Assembly: GCA_963737655.1 (NCBI GenBank)
Contig: CAVTTN010000002.1
Coordinates: forward strand, 992,001 to 1,056,000
Origin: an uncultured Planctomycetota bacterium
GTDB taxonomy: Bacteria > Planctomycetota > Planctomycetia > Isosphaerales > Isosphaeraceae
Length of the DNA stretch: 64,000 nt
Direction of reading: 5' to 3'
Made by a program: the position numbers and the translations under genes. The notes beneath the pieces were generated by a model. The model did not search any database. It saw only the letters and a program-made list of their open reading frames with translations, and had not been told where the DNA came from. Below are positions 40,595-50,237 of this stretch, piece by piece (positions within the stretch are counted from its first letter, which is position 1; every line of letters begins with the position of its first letter).

Positions 40595-41551
40595 TCACTC
40601 CGCCGCCGAGTCCCGGCCGCGAGCCTCGGGGGCGGCCTTGAGGGCTTTTTCGACCTTCTCGATGTCGGCGGCATCCATCTTGCGCGCGGTCTTCTTCAAC
40701 ATGGCGACGAAGTGGGCGATCTCCTCGGGCGCGGCCGGGTATCCGATGTTCCCCTTCGGGCCGTCGCCGTTGATCAGCACCTCGCCCCGGGCGTCGAGGA
40801 TCGCCATCCAGGGGATGCCGCCCTCCGCGTTCTTGCGGTACTTCGCCTCGACCTCCTTGCCGCCTTCCATGCGATCGACGTCGATCTTCACGTCCACGAA
40901 GTCCTTGCCGAGCGCGGCCTTCATGTCGTCCCGGGCGAGGAAGTCGTCGAGCTTGTGGCACCAGCCGCACCACGGGGCCCCGAAGTGCAGGAGGACGCGC
41001 TTGTCCTCGCCGGCGGCCTTGGCCAGCGCCGCGTCGAGCACCTTGGAGGCCACCTGCGGCTCGGGCGCCCACTTCTTCAGGAAGGCGCGGACTTTTTCCG
41101 GGTCGTGATGGTCGCCTTCTTCCAGGGGGCCGGTCGGCTGGCGGGTCAGGAGATTGCCGTCGGCGTCGAGAACGGCGAGGAACGGATAGCCGACTCGGGA
41201 GAGATCGCCGCGGCACTCCGTGAGCAATTCCTCGGCGTGCGGGGCCTTCGTGTCCACCATCACGAGCTTGTAGTCGTCTCGGAGGGCCTTGGCGATTTGC
41301 GGGTTCGAGCGGAAGAGGTCGTGGAGCTTGTGGCACCAGCCGCACCAGTCGCCGCCGAACATGACCAGCAGGCGTTGATTCTCCCGCCGGGCGATCGCGC
41401 CGGCCGTCTTGACCTGCTCCCGGGCGTCGAGCTTGGGGTCGTAGATCGAGGGCCGGGCCTTCGCCTGGGTTGGCTTCGGGGCCTCCTGGGCCGTCGCCGC
41501 GACGACCGGCAGACCGAGCAGGGCGACCAGGGCGAATCGATGAGCGCGCAT
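40595..41551 (-). CDS. Secreted double-thioredoxin-domain protein
   Basis: Signal peptide; two WCGWCHKL active-site motifs; GYPFL and GIPWM cis-Pro loops. Confidence 0.9.
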   Translation of the reverse strand: MRAHRFALVALLGLPVVAATAQEAPKPTQAKARPSIYDPKLDAREQVKTAGAIARRENQRLLVMFGGDWCGWCHKLHDLFRSNPQIAKALRDDYKLVMVDTKAPHAEELLTECRGDLSRVGYPFLAVLDADGNLLTRQPTGPLEEGDHHDPEKVRAFLKKWAPEPQVASKVLDAALAKAAGEDKRVLLHFGAPWCGWCHKLDDFLARDDMKAALGKDFVDVKIDVDRMEGGKEVEAKYRKNAEGGIPWMAILDARGEVLINGDGPKGNIGYPAAPEEIAHFVAMLKKTARKMDAADIEKVEKALKAAPEARGRDSAAE

Positions 41552-41673
41552 CGCGAGGGGCCTCCATCCGGGGAAGGGTCGGTGGTGGGTCAGGGTAGCC
41601 GAACGCCCCCGGACCGGGCAACGAAATTCTTCGGTGATCGTCGAGGAGGCCGGGCGATTTCGAGTCGTCCCGA

Positions 41674-41762
41674 CCGGCTGGCGTGCTTACGTCTTCGGAA
41701 GCATGTCTTTGGCCAAATTTGAACTGAAGTCATGCTCACGAAGACGTAAGCATGCCACCCGG
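41674..41762. repeat. Inverted REP pair (REPIN-like), second REP family
   Basis: CCGGCTGGCGTGCTTACGTCTTCGGAAGCATG on + and CCGGGTGGCATGCTTACGTCTTCGTGAGCATG on -; each copy is itself a hairpin. Confidence 0.7.
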
Positions 41763-41898
41763 CCCTTGGCGGAATCCGGGACCGTCCCTTACCATCAACT
41801 TCGGAACGAATCCGCCGGAATCCTGTATCCGACGCCCGACCCGGCGGCAGTACTTTCCAGACCGACCGCGAGAGAGAGCCAGAAGGGGGCCGACGCTC

Positions 41899-43930
41899 AT
41901 GGCCAGCGCACCGATCGGGGCCGCGATCCGAGGGGCTCGGCCGTCTTTTCGGCGAGGGGACCGTCTCGGGGCTGACCGAAGGGCAGTTGCTCGACCGGTT
42001 CCGCCGGACGAAGGACGAGGCCGCGTTCTCGGCCCTGGTCCAGCGGTTCGGGCCGATGGTGTTGGGGGTCTGCCGGCAGATCCTGGACGACCCTCACGCC
42101 GCCGAGGACGCCTTCCAGGCCGTCTTCCTCGTCCTGGTCCGCCGGGCGGGGTCGATCCGCGACGGCCAACTCCTGGGGAACTGGCTGTACGGGGTGGCCC
42201 TGAAGGTCGCCCGGCGGGCCCGGGCCGACCGGCTCCGCCGTCTTTCTCGGGAAGCGGAGGGCCTGGACGTGGCCGACCAACCGACCGCCGACGGCCCGGA
42301 CGACCTCGACCGGCTCGACCTCGGGCCGATCCTCCACGACGAGGTCGGCCGGCTGCCGGAGAAGTACCGGGCGCCGATCGTCCTGTGCTTCCTCGACGGC
42401 CGGACCCACGACGAGGCCGCCCAGCTCCTGAAGTGGCCGGTGGGGACGGTCAAGGGCCGACTGGCCCGGGCCAAGGACCTGCTTCGAGACCGGCTGGGCC
42501 GCCGGGGGGTCACGGTCGCCTCGGCGGTGATCGTGGCCTCGTTCGCGAAGGCGAGCGGGGCGGCGGTCCCGGCCAGTCTCGCCGAATCGACGATCAAGGC
42601 CGCGATGGGCGTCGCGGCGGGGGGGGCGGGCGTCGCCGGGGCGTGCTCGGCCGGCGCCTGGTCCCTGAGCGAAGGGGTGGTTCGTTCCATGGCTACGACG
42701 AAGATCAAGATCCTGGCCGCCGCGCTGGTGGCCTCGGGAACCATCGCCACCGGGGCCGGCGTGATGGCCCGCCAGGATCAGCCCAACCCGCCCGTCCAGG
42801 GCGTCAGGACCGAGAAGACGGCCACGGAGAAGGTCAGCAACGGCGGGGTCCCGCCGGAGGGGCAGGTCGGCAAGACCGAGGTCACCACGGAGAAAGGCGC
42901 GATCAAGGTCGAACCCGCCCCGGCCGACGAGCTGGCCCAGCTCCTCAAGGGCCTACCCCCGAACGACGGGCCGTTCAAGTCGGTCGATCAGCTCAAGAAA
43001 GAGCGCGTCGAGGCCGCGAAACGGGCCCTGGATCTGGCCGTCGCCAGCCATCGGACCGGCAGTTCCGGGTTCGACTCGGTCCTCAAGGCCGCCCGGGCCC
43101 TGTCCGACGCCCAGGCCAACGCCACGAACGACTTCCCGGCGAGGATCGAAGCCCTGAAGCAGTCGGTCCGCCTGGCCCGGGCCCTCGCCAGTTCGGCGGA
43201 GGCCCTGGCCCGAGCCGGCGAGGTCTCCGAGGCGAGCGTCGCCCAGGCCCAGCTCGACGTTCTCGACGCCGAATTGAGGTTCGCCCAGCCGCAGGTCGGC
43301 GAAGCCCCGCCGCCCCGGGTGGGCGGCGGATTCGGCGGCGGATCCGGCGGCGAAGCGGGCGGCGAAGCGGGCGGCGGATTCGGCGGCGGCGACGCCGGAG
43401 GCGCGATCGACCGCGGCCCCGACCCCGAGGACGAGGACGACGCCGACCGCGACGAGGCCATCATGAAGGTCCTGAGCAACCCGGTCGCCATGCCCTTCGC
43501 CAACGAGACCCCGCTGGGCGAGCTGATCAAGTACGTCAAGACCGCCACGGTCAACGCCAACATGCCCGAGGGCATCCCGATCTATCTCGATCCCGAGGGC
43601 CTCCAGATGGCCGAGAAGACGATCGATTCGCCGATCTCTTTGAATCTCGAAGGGATCAAGCTCAAGACGACCCTGCGACTGGCCCTGAAGCAGCTCGGCC
43701 TGGGCTACTACGTCCGCCACGGCCTCCTGATCATCACCTCGCTGGACGACTTCAGCCTGAAGGACGCCAACGACCCCCAGTGGAGGGAGCGCGCCCGCAA
43801 CCGGATGCAGAGCATGGGCGCGATGGGCGGGATGGGCGGCATGGGCGCGGCCCTGCCGAAGAACGCCGCGCCGGCCGGCGGAGGCTTCCGCTCGATCGGG
43901 ACGACGAAGCCTACCCCGACCCGGCCCTGA
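41899..43930 (+). CDS. ECF RNA polymerase sigma factor with long C-terminal extension (frameshift near 41940)
   Basis: EAAFSALVQRFGPMVLGVCRQIL, AEDAFQAVFLVL, LPEKYRAPIVLC, GTVKGRLARA; TM segment; C-terminal STN-like domain. ATG 41899 joins the 41987 ORF via a frameshift. Confidence 0.9.
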
Positions 43931-43959
43931 GCCTCCCGGCCCCGAAACCGATCGAAGCC

Positions 43960-44000
43960 CCACGCCCCGCCCTTTCCGGCGGGGCGTGGTCGTTTCGTTT
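43960..44000 (+). terminator. Intrinsic terminator between convergent genes
   Basis: CCACGCCCCGCC-CTTTCC-GGCGGGGCGTGG 12-bp stem followed by TCGTTTCGTTT. Confidence 0.7.
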
Positions 44001-44446
44001 CACGGGCCGACCACGCTCGACGGATGGACCGCCACGATCCCCGGATAGCGGGCGAAGTCGCCGGTGTTGAACGTCAGGATGCGGTCGATCCCATGAACCC
44101 TCATGGCGGCCACGAGCCGGGCGTCGTGGACCTGCTTGCCGATCACTCCGTGGGCAACGACCAGCCGCCGCCACTCCGAGAAAATGGCGGGGGTTTCGGG
44201 CAAGATCGTGAACTTGTGCTCAAGACGCCTCACGATCCGATCGACTCGCACCGCCCCGAGCCCGAGGCCGTTGACCGAGGCCGGCCGGGTCGCCACGGAC
44301 CAGAACTCGACGAGGTTCTGAGGTGCCAGGAAGAGACCGGCCCTCTGACGTCTCAGCGCCGTGAGTGCGGCCACGACGACCGGATGGTCGCGAGCCTGAA
44401 GGTCGATCCGTCGCAAGGCAATATTGGTATCGACCAGAAGATTCAC
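44000..44446 (-). CDS. vapC: PIN-domain toxin (VapC family)
   Basis: LLVDTNI, QNLVEFWSVATRP..NGLG, GKQVHDARLVA, ILTFNTGDF. Confidence 0.92.
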   Translation of the reverse strand: MNLLVDTNIALRRIDLQARDHPVVVAALTALRRQRAGLFLAPQNLVEFWSVATRPASVNGLGLGAVRVDRIVRRLEHKFTILPETPAIFSEWRRLVVAHGVIGKQVHDARLVAAMRVHGIDRILTFNTGDFARYPGIVAVHPSSVVGP

Positions 44447-44748
44447 AGGCCACGATCCTCATACAGATTCTCCCGCCGGAGAGCCTCCATCGGGATCTCG
44501 GGCAGGTCGAGGTCCGCGAGTTCTCGGTCGAGGGCTTCGGACTCCCTCTCCCATTCCTCCGGCGTGATCGGCCCCCGGCTGGCGAGGTCGTCGGGGTCGT
44601 ACGGCGCCGAGGGGTCGTCGGGCTTTATCGGAGGGAACGCGGCCTCCAGCGAGGATCGCGCGAGATCCCCAGGGGCGATGCCCCGGCGGGCCGCCTCCGC
44701 TTCCAGGCGGTTGGCCAGCTCGGGCGAAAGTTCGATGTGCAAGGTCAT
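44443..44748 (-). CDS. Putative antitoxin
   Basis: MTLHIELSPELANRLEAEAARRG (RHH-like), C-terminal EALRRENLYEDR; GTGA overlap with the PIN gene. Confidence 0.8.
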   Translation of the reverse strand: MTLHIELSPELANRLEAEAARRGIAPGDLARSSLEAAFPPIKPDDPSAPYDPDDLASRGPITPEEWERESEALDRELADLDLPEIPMEALRRENLYEDRGL

Positions 44749-44771
44749 GATCGGGCCTCCTGGAATCCAGG

Positions 44772-45728
44772 TTATCGCCCGGCGATCGGCTCGACAACGA
44801 CCTCGGATTCCCTCCGCCGGACCTCCTCCGGGTCGATCGCCCCGGCGTCCCACACCAGGGCGTTCGCCACGGCGCACCCGACGGCGTGCCTCAGCAGGGC
44901 CTCGGGTTCGAGCTTCGCGAGCCAGCCATCGACCATGCCGGCGAGGAGGCAGTCTCCCGAGCCGATCGGGTTCACCGCGACGATCTCCGGGGGCGAGACC
45001 CGGTACGATCGGCCGCCGACCCGGGCCAGGACCGGGTTCGGCCCGTCGGTCACCACGGCCGCGGCCACCCCTCGACGAATCCACGAATCCAGGAGCCCGA
45101 GGATCTCGCCATCGCCGGGCGGCTCGCCCTTCCGGCCGAGGTGCGACGCCGCTTCCCTCCGGTTGAGCTGGATCACCTCCGGCCAGAACCCCCAGATCGC
45201 CTTCAATGCCGGGCCATAGGTGTCCAGGAACGCGGGGATCTTCCGGGATTGGGCCAGCGCGACCAAATCGCTGAAGATCCCGTGAGTGCTGGCCGCCGGG
45301 CTGGAGCCGGAGAGCGTCAGGGCCGAGATCGTCTCCGCGATCATCGCCCCTTCGACCCGGTAGATCAGCGCCTCGGCCTCCTGGGGAGTGATCGCCGGAT
45401 CGGGGTCGAAGAACGCGGACTGATCGGGCGATCCCTCGGTGCGGACGGTCAAAATGACGCGGGTTGGCGCCTCGGTGGGCGTGACCAGGGGGTCGAACCC
45501 GTCGTCGGTTCGGAGCAGGTCCTCGCAGTGGCGGCCGACGGCCCCTCCGAGGAGCGTGACGGGCCGGACCGGGCTCCGGCCGAGCGTCTTCAGGGCGCGG
45601 GCGACGTTGTTCCCCTTGCCGCCGACGACCTCGCGGAGGGCCGTCCCCCGGACCGAGTCGCCCGGCGACCACGGGGGGACGGTCAACGTCTTGTCCAGGC
45701 AGGGATTCAGGGTCACGCAGAGGATCAT
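44772..45728 (-). CDS. PfkB-family hexose kinase (1-phosphofructokinase-like)
   Basis: VTLNPCLD, GGKGNNVAR, LSGS, NPIGSGDCLLAG. Confidence 0.92.
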   Translation of the reverse strand: MILCVTLNPCLDKTLTVPPWSPGDSVRGTALREVVGGKGNNVARALKTLGRSPVRPVTLLGGAVGRHCEDLLRTDDGFDPLVTPTEAPTRVILTVRTEGSPDQSAFFDPDPAITPQEAEALIYRVEGAMIAETISALTLSGSSPAASTHGIFSDLVALAQSRKIPAFLDTYGPALKAIWGFWPEVIQLNRREAASHLGRKGEPPGDGEILGLLDSWIRRGVAAAVVTDGPNPVLARVGGRSYRVSPPEIVAVNPIGSGDCLLAGMVDGWLAKLEPEALLRHAVGCAVANALVWDAGAIDPEEVRRRESEVVVEPIAGR

Positions 45729-45866
45729 ATCTGGGCCGACCGTCCGGAAGGAGGAGCCCGCCCCGAAGCGAAGAGACGCCCCGCGCCGAGCAAGAAGACG
45801 GGGCCGGGCGGGCCGTCCCCATTGTCGCCGGAAGCCCCGGCTCCGCAACCGCGAGGCGGCGCCGAA

Positions 45867-45967
45867 TTCACCACGGAGCCACGGAGGGCACGGAGGAAGA
45901 CACGAAGAAGAGGAAAGATTTACCTCCTTTGTGTCTTCCTTCGTGCCCTCCGTGGCTTCGTGGTGAA
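45867..45967. repeat. Palindromic element with triplicated 9-nt units
   Basis: TTCACCACGGAG-CCACGGAG-GGCACGGAGGAAGACAC ... GTGTCTTCCTTCGTGCCCTCCGTGGCTTCGTGGTGAA. Confidence 0.85.
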
Positions 45968-45979
45968 CCCCGAAGGGGC

Positions 45980-47644
45980 CTAACGAAGGGCCCGGACCAC
46001 CAGCCAGCCCACGACCGACCCCACGCCCGCCATCATCGCCAGGAGGATCAAGGCGATCGCCGCCAGGCGGCTCTCCACGCCGGTGTGGAGCATCCCCCAG
46101 ACGAACCGGGCGATCGGGTCGTAGCCGGGCCTGGAGAGCGCATACGCCACGGGAAGCTCGCCGACCGACAGGACGAACGCCACGCCCCACGCCGCCAAAA
46201 GGGCCGGGCGGGTCAGCGGCAGGCCGACGCGCCGGGCCACGCCCCAGCCGTCCAGGCCGTCGGTCGAGGCCGCTTCGAGGTGCTCTTTCGGGACGTTCCG
46301 GACCGACGGCCAGAGCACGAGCAAGGCGAACGGCAGGGTCCTCAAGACATAGCCGAAAATCAGGAGCGCCGGCGTGTCGCGGACGAACCCGACGAGGTTG
46401 TACGCCCGGATCAACGCCTGGCCGACGATCGGCCCCGGGGCCGCCAGCGCCGCCGCCGAGACGATCGCCGCGACCCATCGCCACGGCCCCTTCTCGCGGG
46501 CGAGATACGCCAGGGGCCAGGCGATCGCGACCGTCGCCACGGCCGCGACGGCCGACCAGAGCAGCGTCCCCACCACCGGCCGGCTCTCCAGGACCTCCCA
46601 CGGCGAACCGAGGACCGTCGGCGCCGTGAGGTCGATCCACGCCCGGCTCAGCGAGCCGGACAGGCCCGAGAACGACCATTTCGGGTCGAGCGTCGACCCG
46701 GAACCCTCGGCGCTGACCCGCCCGGCCCTCCAGAGCAATCCATAGATCGGCAAGCCCGTGACGGTCCCGACCAGGGCCCACATCGCCAGGCCGATCGGCA
46801 CCCGCCACCGGCCGAGCCGCCACGTCCTCGGGCGGCTCGCCGCCGTCGGCAGCCTCGCCGGGTCGGCCTTCAACACCGATCGCGCGGCCCAGACGATCAA
46901 TCCGCCGACCACCAGCATCGCCGGGAGCGCCACCCTCGCCGCCGAGGCCCCCTGGCCGACTCCCAGAGGGGCCTGCAAGTACGCTTCCTCGGCATAGGTG
47001 CGCACTTGCAAGATGTCCGTGACCGTCATGTCCCCCGCCGCGAGGACCACCACGGCCACGAACCCGCCGAGGATCGCGCCGACCGACCTCCGCAGGGTGA
47101 TCGTCCACGCCACCCGCCACGCCGGGAGGTCGAGCAAGGCCGATTCCTCGAGCTCCCGCTCGACGGCCATCATCCCCACGCCGCTGAGGAACACGACCCA
47201 GGGGATCGCCGCCATCGCATGGACGAATGCCGCCCCGCGCAGGCCCACCAGGATCGCCACGCCCCCGATCGCCTGGTCTCTCCCGGCGTTGCCGAACGAC
47301 CCGAGCCACGCCACCGCGTTCAAGGGCATCGGCACGAGCAGGGCCAGGCCCATCAGCCCCATCATCGCCCGGCCGCCCCAGACGTCCGTCCGGAACAGGA
47401 GCCATCCCAGGACGATTCCCGGCGGCATCGCGATCGCGGCCGTGAGGACCACGAGCTTGACCGTCTCGATCGCCAGGATCAGGGGGCGGACCGAGGCCAT
47501 CCCGCCCCCCTCGCCGAGCCGGACGTCCTCGGCCGTCTGGATCGCCATCGCCATCGCGGGCCAGACCATCAGCGCGACGAGCACGACGACCATCGCCGCC
47601 AGCCCGAGCCCTTGCTTCGCCACCGCAGCCCGGCCGCTGTTCAT
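45980..47644 (-). CDS. ABC transporter permease (two-module FbpB/ThiP-like)
   Basis: Two EAA loops (ELEESALLD, HLEAASTDG..LPLTRP) and many TM helices; ATGA overlap with the upstream stop. Confidence 0.85.
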   Translation of the reverse strand: MNSGRAAVAKQGLGLAAMVVVLVALMVWPAMAMAIQTAEDVRLGEGGGMASVRPLILAIETVKLVVLTAAIAMPPGIVLGWLLFRTDVWGGRAMMGLMGLALLVPMPLNAVAWLGSFGNAGRDQAIGGVAILVGLRGAAFVHAMAAIPWVVFLSGVGMMAVERELEESALLDLPAWRVAWTITLRRSVGAILGGFVAVVVLAAGDMTVTDILQVRTYAEEAYLQAPLGVGQGASAARVALPAMLVVGGLIVWAARSVLKADPARLPTAASRPRTWRLGRWRVPIGLAMWALVGTVTGLPIYGLLWRAGRVSAEGSGSTLDPKWSFSGLSGSLSRAWIDLTAPTVLGSPWEVLESRPVVGTLLWSAVAAVATVAIAWPLAYLAREKGPWRWVAAIVSAAALAAPGPIVGQALIRAYNLVGFVRDTPALLIFGYVLRTLPFALLVLWPSVRNVPKEHLEAASTDGLDGWGVARRVGLPLTRPALLAAWGVAFVLSVGELPVAYALSRPGYDPIARFVWGMLHTGVESRLAAIALILLAMMAGVGSVVGWLVVRALR

Positions 47645-48466
47645 CCCCGGAGTCCCGCCGCCTTCATCAGGGCCGCCGTCCGGTCGTACGCCTCGCGGAC
47701 CCACTCGGCGATCCGGTCCGGCTCGGGCGAGTATTCCAGCTCGATCGAGACCGTCCCGCTGTCCACCCCGAATTCCTTCAGTTTAGCGAGATACGGCGCG
47801 AAGTCCACCACCCCGCGACCCGGGGGCAGGTCGCCATGGACCTTGCCGTCACAGTCGGAGATATGAACGTGGCCGATTCGACCCTTCAGGAGTTCCAGGG
47901 TCTCGGCCGATTGATGGGCCAGGGCCATGTGGGAGATATCAACATTCGCCTTGACGGCCGGGTTGTCCACCTCGTCGAGGAACCGGGCCATCTTCGGCAC
48001 GTCGTTCAGGAGAGAAAGAGGAAACGGCTCCATCTCCAGGGCGATCTCCAGGCCGAGGCTCGGAGGCGTACTCGCCCAGGTCGCGGACGTTCTTCACCCC
48101 GGCCTGCCATTGCTCGGCGGGGGGGATGACCTCGCAGTTCCAGATGTATTCGCCCAGGACGAGCAGGACGTTGCGGGCTCCAAAAGTCCGGGCCATGTCG
48201 AGATAGGCGCGGACGCGCTCGACGTGGAACCTCCGGACGCTCGGGTTGAAGTCCACGAGCCCCACGGCCACGCACGCCAGGCTCACGATCGGCAGGCCCG
48301 CACGTTCGCACTCGTTCTTGACCAGCTTGCGCTCGAGGGGGGAGGTGTCGAGCGGGTCGGCGAAGATGTCGATCGAGTCGAAGCCGATCTCCCGGGTCAT
48401 CCAGATCCCGTAGGAGGTCTCCTTGCCGGCCTGGGCCCAGGCGGAATTGATCAGGCCGAGTTTCAT
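47641..48466 (-). CDS. Sugar epimerase (D-tagatose/psicose 3-epimerase-like TIM barrel); frameshift near 48060
   Basis: MKLGLINSAW, GFDSIDIF, EIALEMEPF, ANVDISHM, HVHISDC..HGDLPPGRG, SIELE. Confidence 0.85.
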
Positions 48467-48573
48467 GGGGAAGTCCTCCGGGCGGGTCGGGATCGGCAAC
48501 GATCACCATAACCCACCCGGGCGATTTCGCAACCGGGGCGCGGCGTGACCCGGCGATTCCTCCCTCGCGGATT

Positions 48574-49263
48574 TCACCCGAGAGTCGCGGCGCCGCCCGT
48601 CTTTTTCCGCCGCCTCCTGGCCCAGAGGCCGAGGGAACCGACCGCCAGGCTCGCCACGCTCGCCGGCTCGGGGACGGACCGGACGACGTTCACCGTCCGG
48701 TTCGAGCTCGTGCCAACCCGCTCTCCCGCGTAGTAAATCCCCGGCACGGCGTACTTCGAGTAAATGTTCACCGAGTCCGAATTGCCGCTGTGATCGGAGA
48801 ACGCGGTGTTGTCCGGGAATGGCAGGCCGGCGATGTCCGGGCTCTCGAAGCTGGCGTCATCCAGGGTCTCGAACGTGACCCCGGCGAGGTTCCCGCCGGT
48901 GATCCGGAGCTCGAAGAGGATCGAGAACTTCACGTCATACGACCCGGAGGGGTTGACCGTCACCGTCCCGGTCGTGGTCGTGTTCACGAGCGAATAGCTC
49001 AGGAACCCGCCGGGGTTCTGCGGGTCCGGCAGGTCGGTCCCGGAGAACATCGAGGTGACGCTGGCCGTCCCGCCGGCCGGGTCGATGGTGAAGTGCTGGG
49101 TGCCCGTCGCGGTGATCACGAACGGGTTCAGCGAGAGCTCGGCGATCGAGATCGTCTGGGTCGCCGTGCTCTGGGTGTCGAACTGATAGTCGGCCCGGGC
49201 CCGAGAGGGCAGGGAGGCCGCCAGGGCCGCGACGGCGATCAGGCCGATCTTGAAGACTCGCAT
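48574..49263 (-). CDS. PEP-CTERM sorting-domain protein
   Basis: Signal peptide ending ARA; C-terminal VPEPASVASLAVGSLGLWARRRRK. Confidence 0.9.
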   Translation of the reverse strand: MRVFKIGLIAVAALAASLPSRARADYQFDTQSTATQTISIAELSLNPFVITATGTQHFTIDPAGGTASVTSMFSGTDLPDPQNPGGFLSYSLVNTTTTGTVTVNPSGSYDVKFSILFELRITGGNLAGVTFETLDDASFESPDIAGLPFPDNTAFSDHSGNSDSVNIYSKYAVPGIYYAGERVGTSSNRTVNVVRSVPEPASVASLAVGSLGLWARRRRKKTGGAATLG

Positions 49264-49381
49264 TCGTGAGGACTCCTTCGGGGGGAAAAGGAGTCCGATT
49301 ATGGTCGGAAGGCCGCGCCCGGCCAAGCGCCGTCCCCGAAAAACCACGGGATGTGTGAAGCTCCCGAATCTGGTGGATTTC

Positions 49382-49413
49382 GGGTGCCCCCGGTTCGAGA
49401 ACCGGGGGCACCC
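49382..49413. repeat. Perfect hairpin (REP-like or terminator)
   Basis: GGGTGCCCCCGGTT-CGAG-AACCGGGGGCACCC, 14-bp stem. Confidence 0.65.
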
Positions 49414-49516
49414 CAGCAAGTCCCCGATTCCAGGGCTCTAACCCACGGGATTTCGGCGATCCGGGACGAGAAACGGGGGCGATGCATGCCACCGGGTCCG
49501 CCCCGGGAAGGCCCGG

Positions 49517-49948
49517 TTATCGCCCCGCGCCGACGGCCTGCCTGCGCTCGCGGGCCCGTCGGGCCAGGCTCCGGCGCTCGGGGTCGTTCCTGGGCGGGGC
49601 CTTGGGACGGGCGATCTGGCCCGACGTGCCTCCGGCCCCCTTCTCGCCGATCATGACGGTCATCCACTGCCCCTCGACGGGGGCGGCGGTCTCCTCGGCC
49701 GCCTCGGACCGCTTCGCGACGATCCGGCGGGCCTCGGTCGCCCCGACGATCGCGGCGACCATCATCGCCGCCAAAATGCCGAGCTCGGCCCAGGGGACCG
49801 TTCCGGCCGACGGGCGGATCAGCGAGGCGCCCAGGACGCAGGCGATCCCGCCCACGACCAGCCCCCTCCGGGGGATCGACGACGTTCCTCGGGTCGGCGA
49901 GGTCAGGGGCGGGCGAATCCCGCCGAGGCAATGAGGGGTCGCGGCCAC
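49517..49948 (-). CDS. Hypothetical membrane protein
   Basis: GGAGG before GTG 49948; two hydrophobic segments. Confidence 0.5.
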   Translation of the reverse strand: MAATPHCLGGIRPPLTSPTRGTSSIPRRGLVVGGIACVLGASLIRPSAGTVPWAELGILAAMMVAAIVGATEARRIVAKRSEAAEETAAPVEGQWMTVMIGEKGAGGTSGQIARPKAPPRNDPERRSLARRARERRQAVGAGR

Positions 49949-50237
49949 GGTGCGCCTCCGTTCGTCTCGTCGAGTCGAGGGGGTCAATCGAGCCTGAACG
50001 TCCGAGACGGGGGAAACCTAGGTCACGTCCGGGGGGCTGTCAAAATCGGCCCGACCCGGGCGTTCGGATCGCCTCGTCCCGAAGGGTCGAGGCCCGCGTT
50101 TCCCCATTTCGGCCATCGACCCGTGGCGTCACCAACGAATCCGGGTGCTCGGCCCGGGGCGCGATCGGATAGAATGAACAACCCGAGCCGGCCCGTCGCC
50201 CGGATCGGGCCGCCTCCTCCCGCTCGCGAACCCGTCG

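Noticed and set aside
43320..43400. GGCGGC repeat tract in the ECF gene
   Set aside because: It encodes an ordinary Gly-rich linker.
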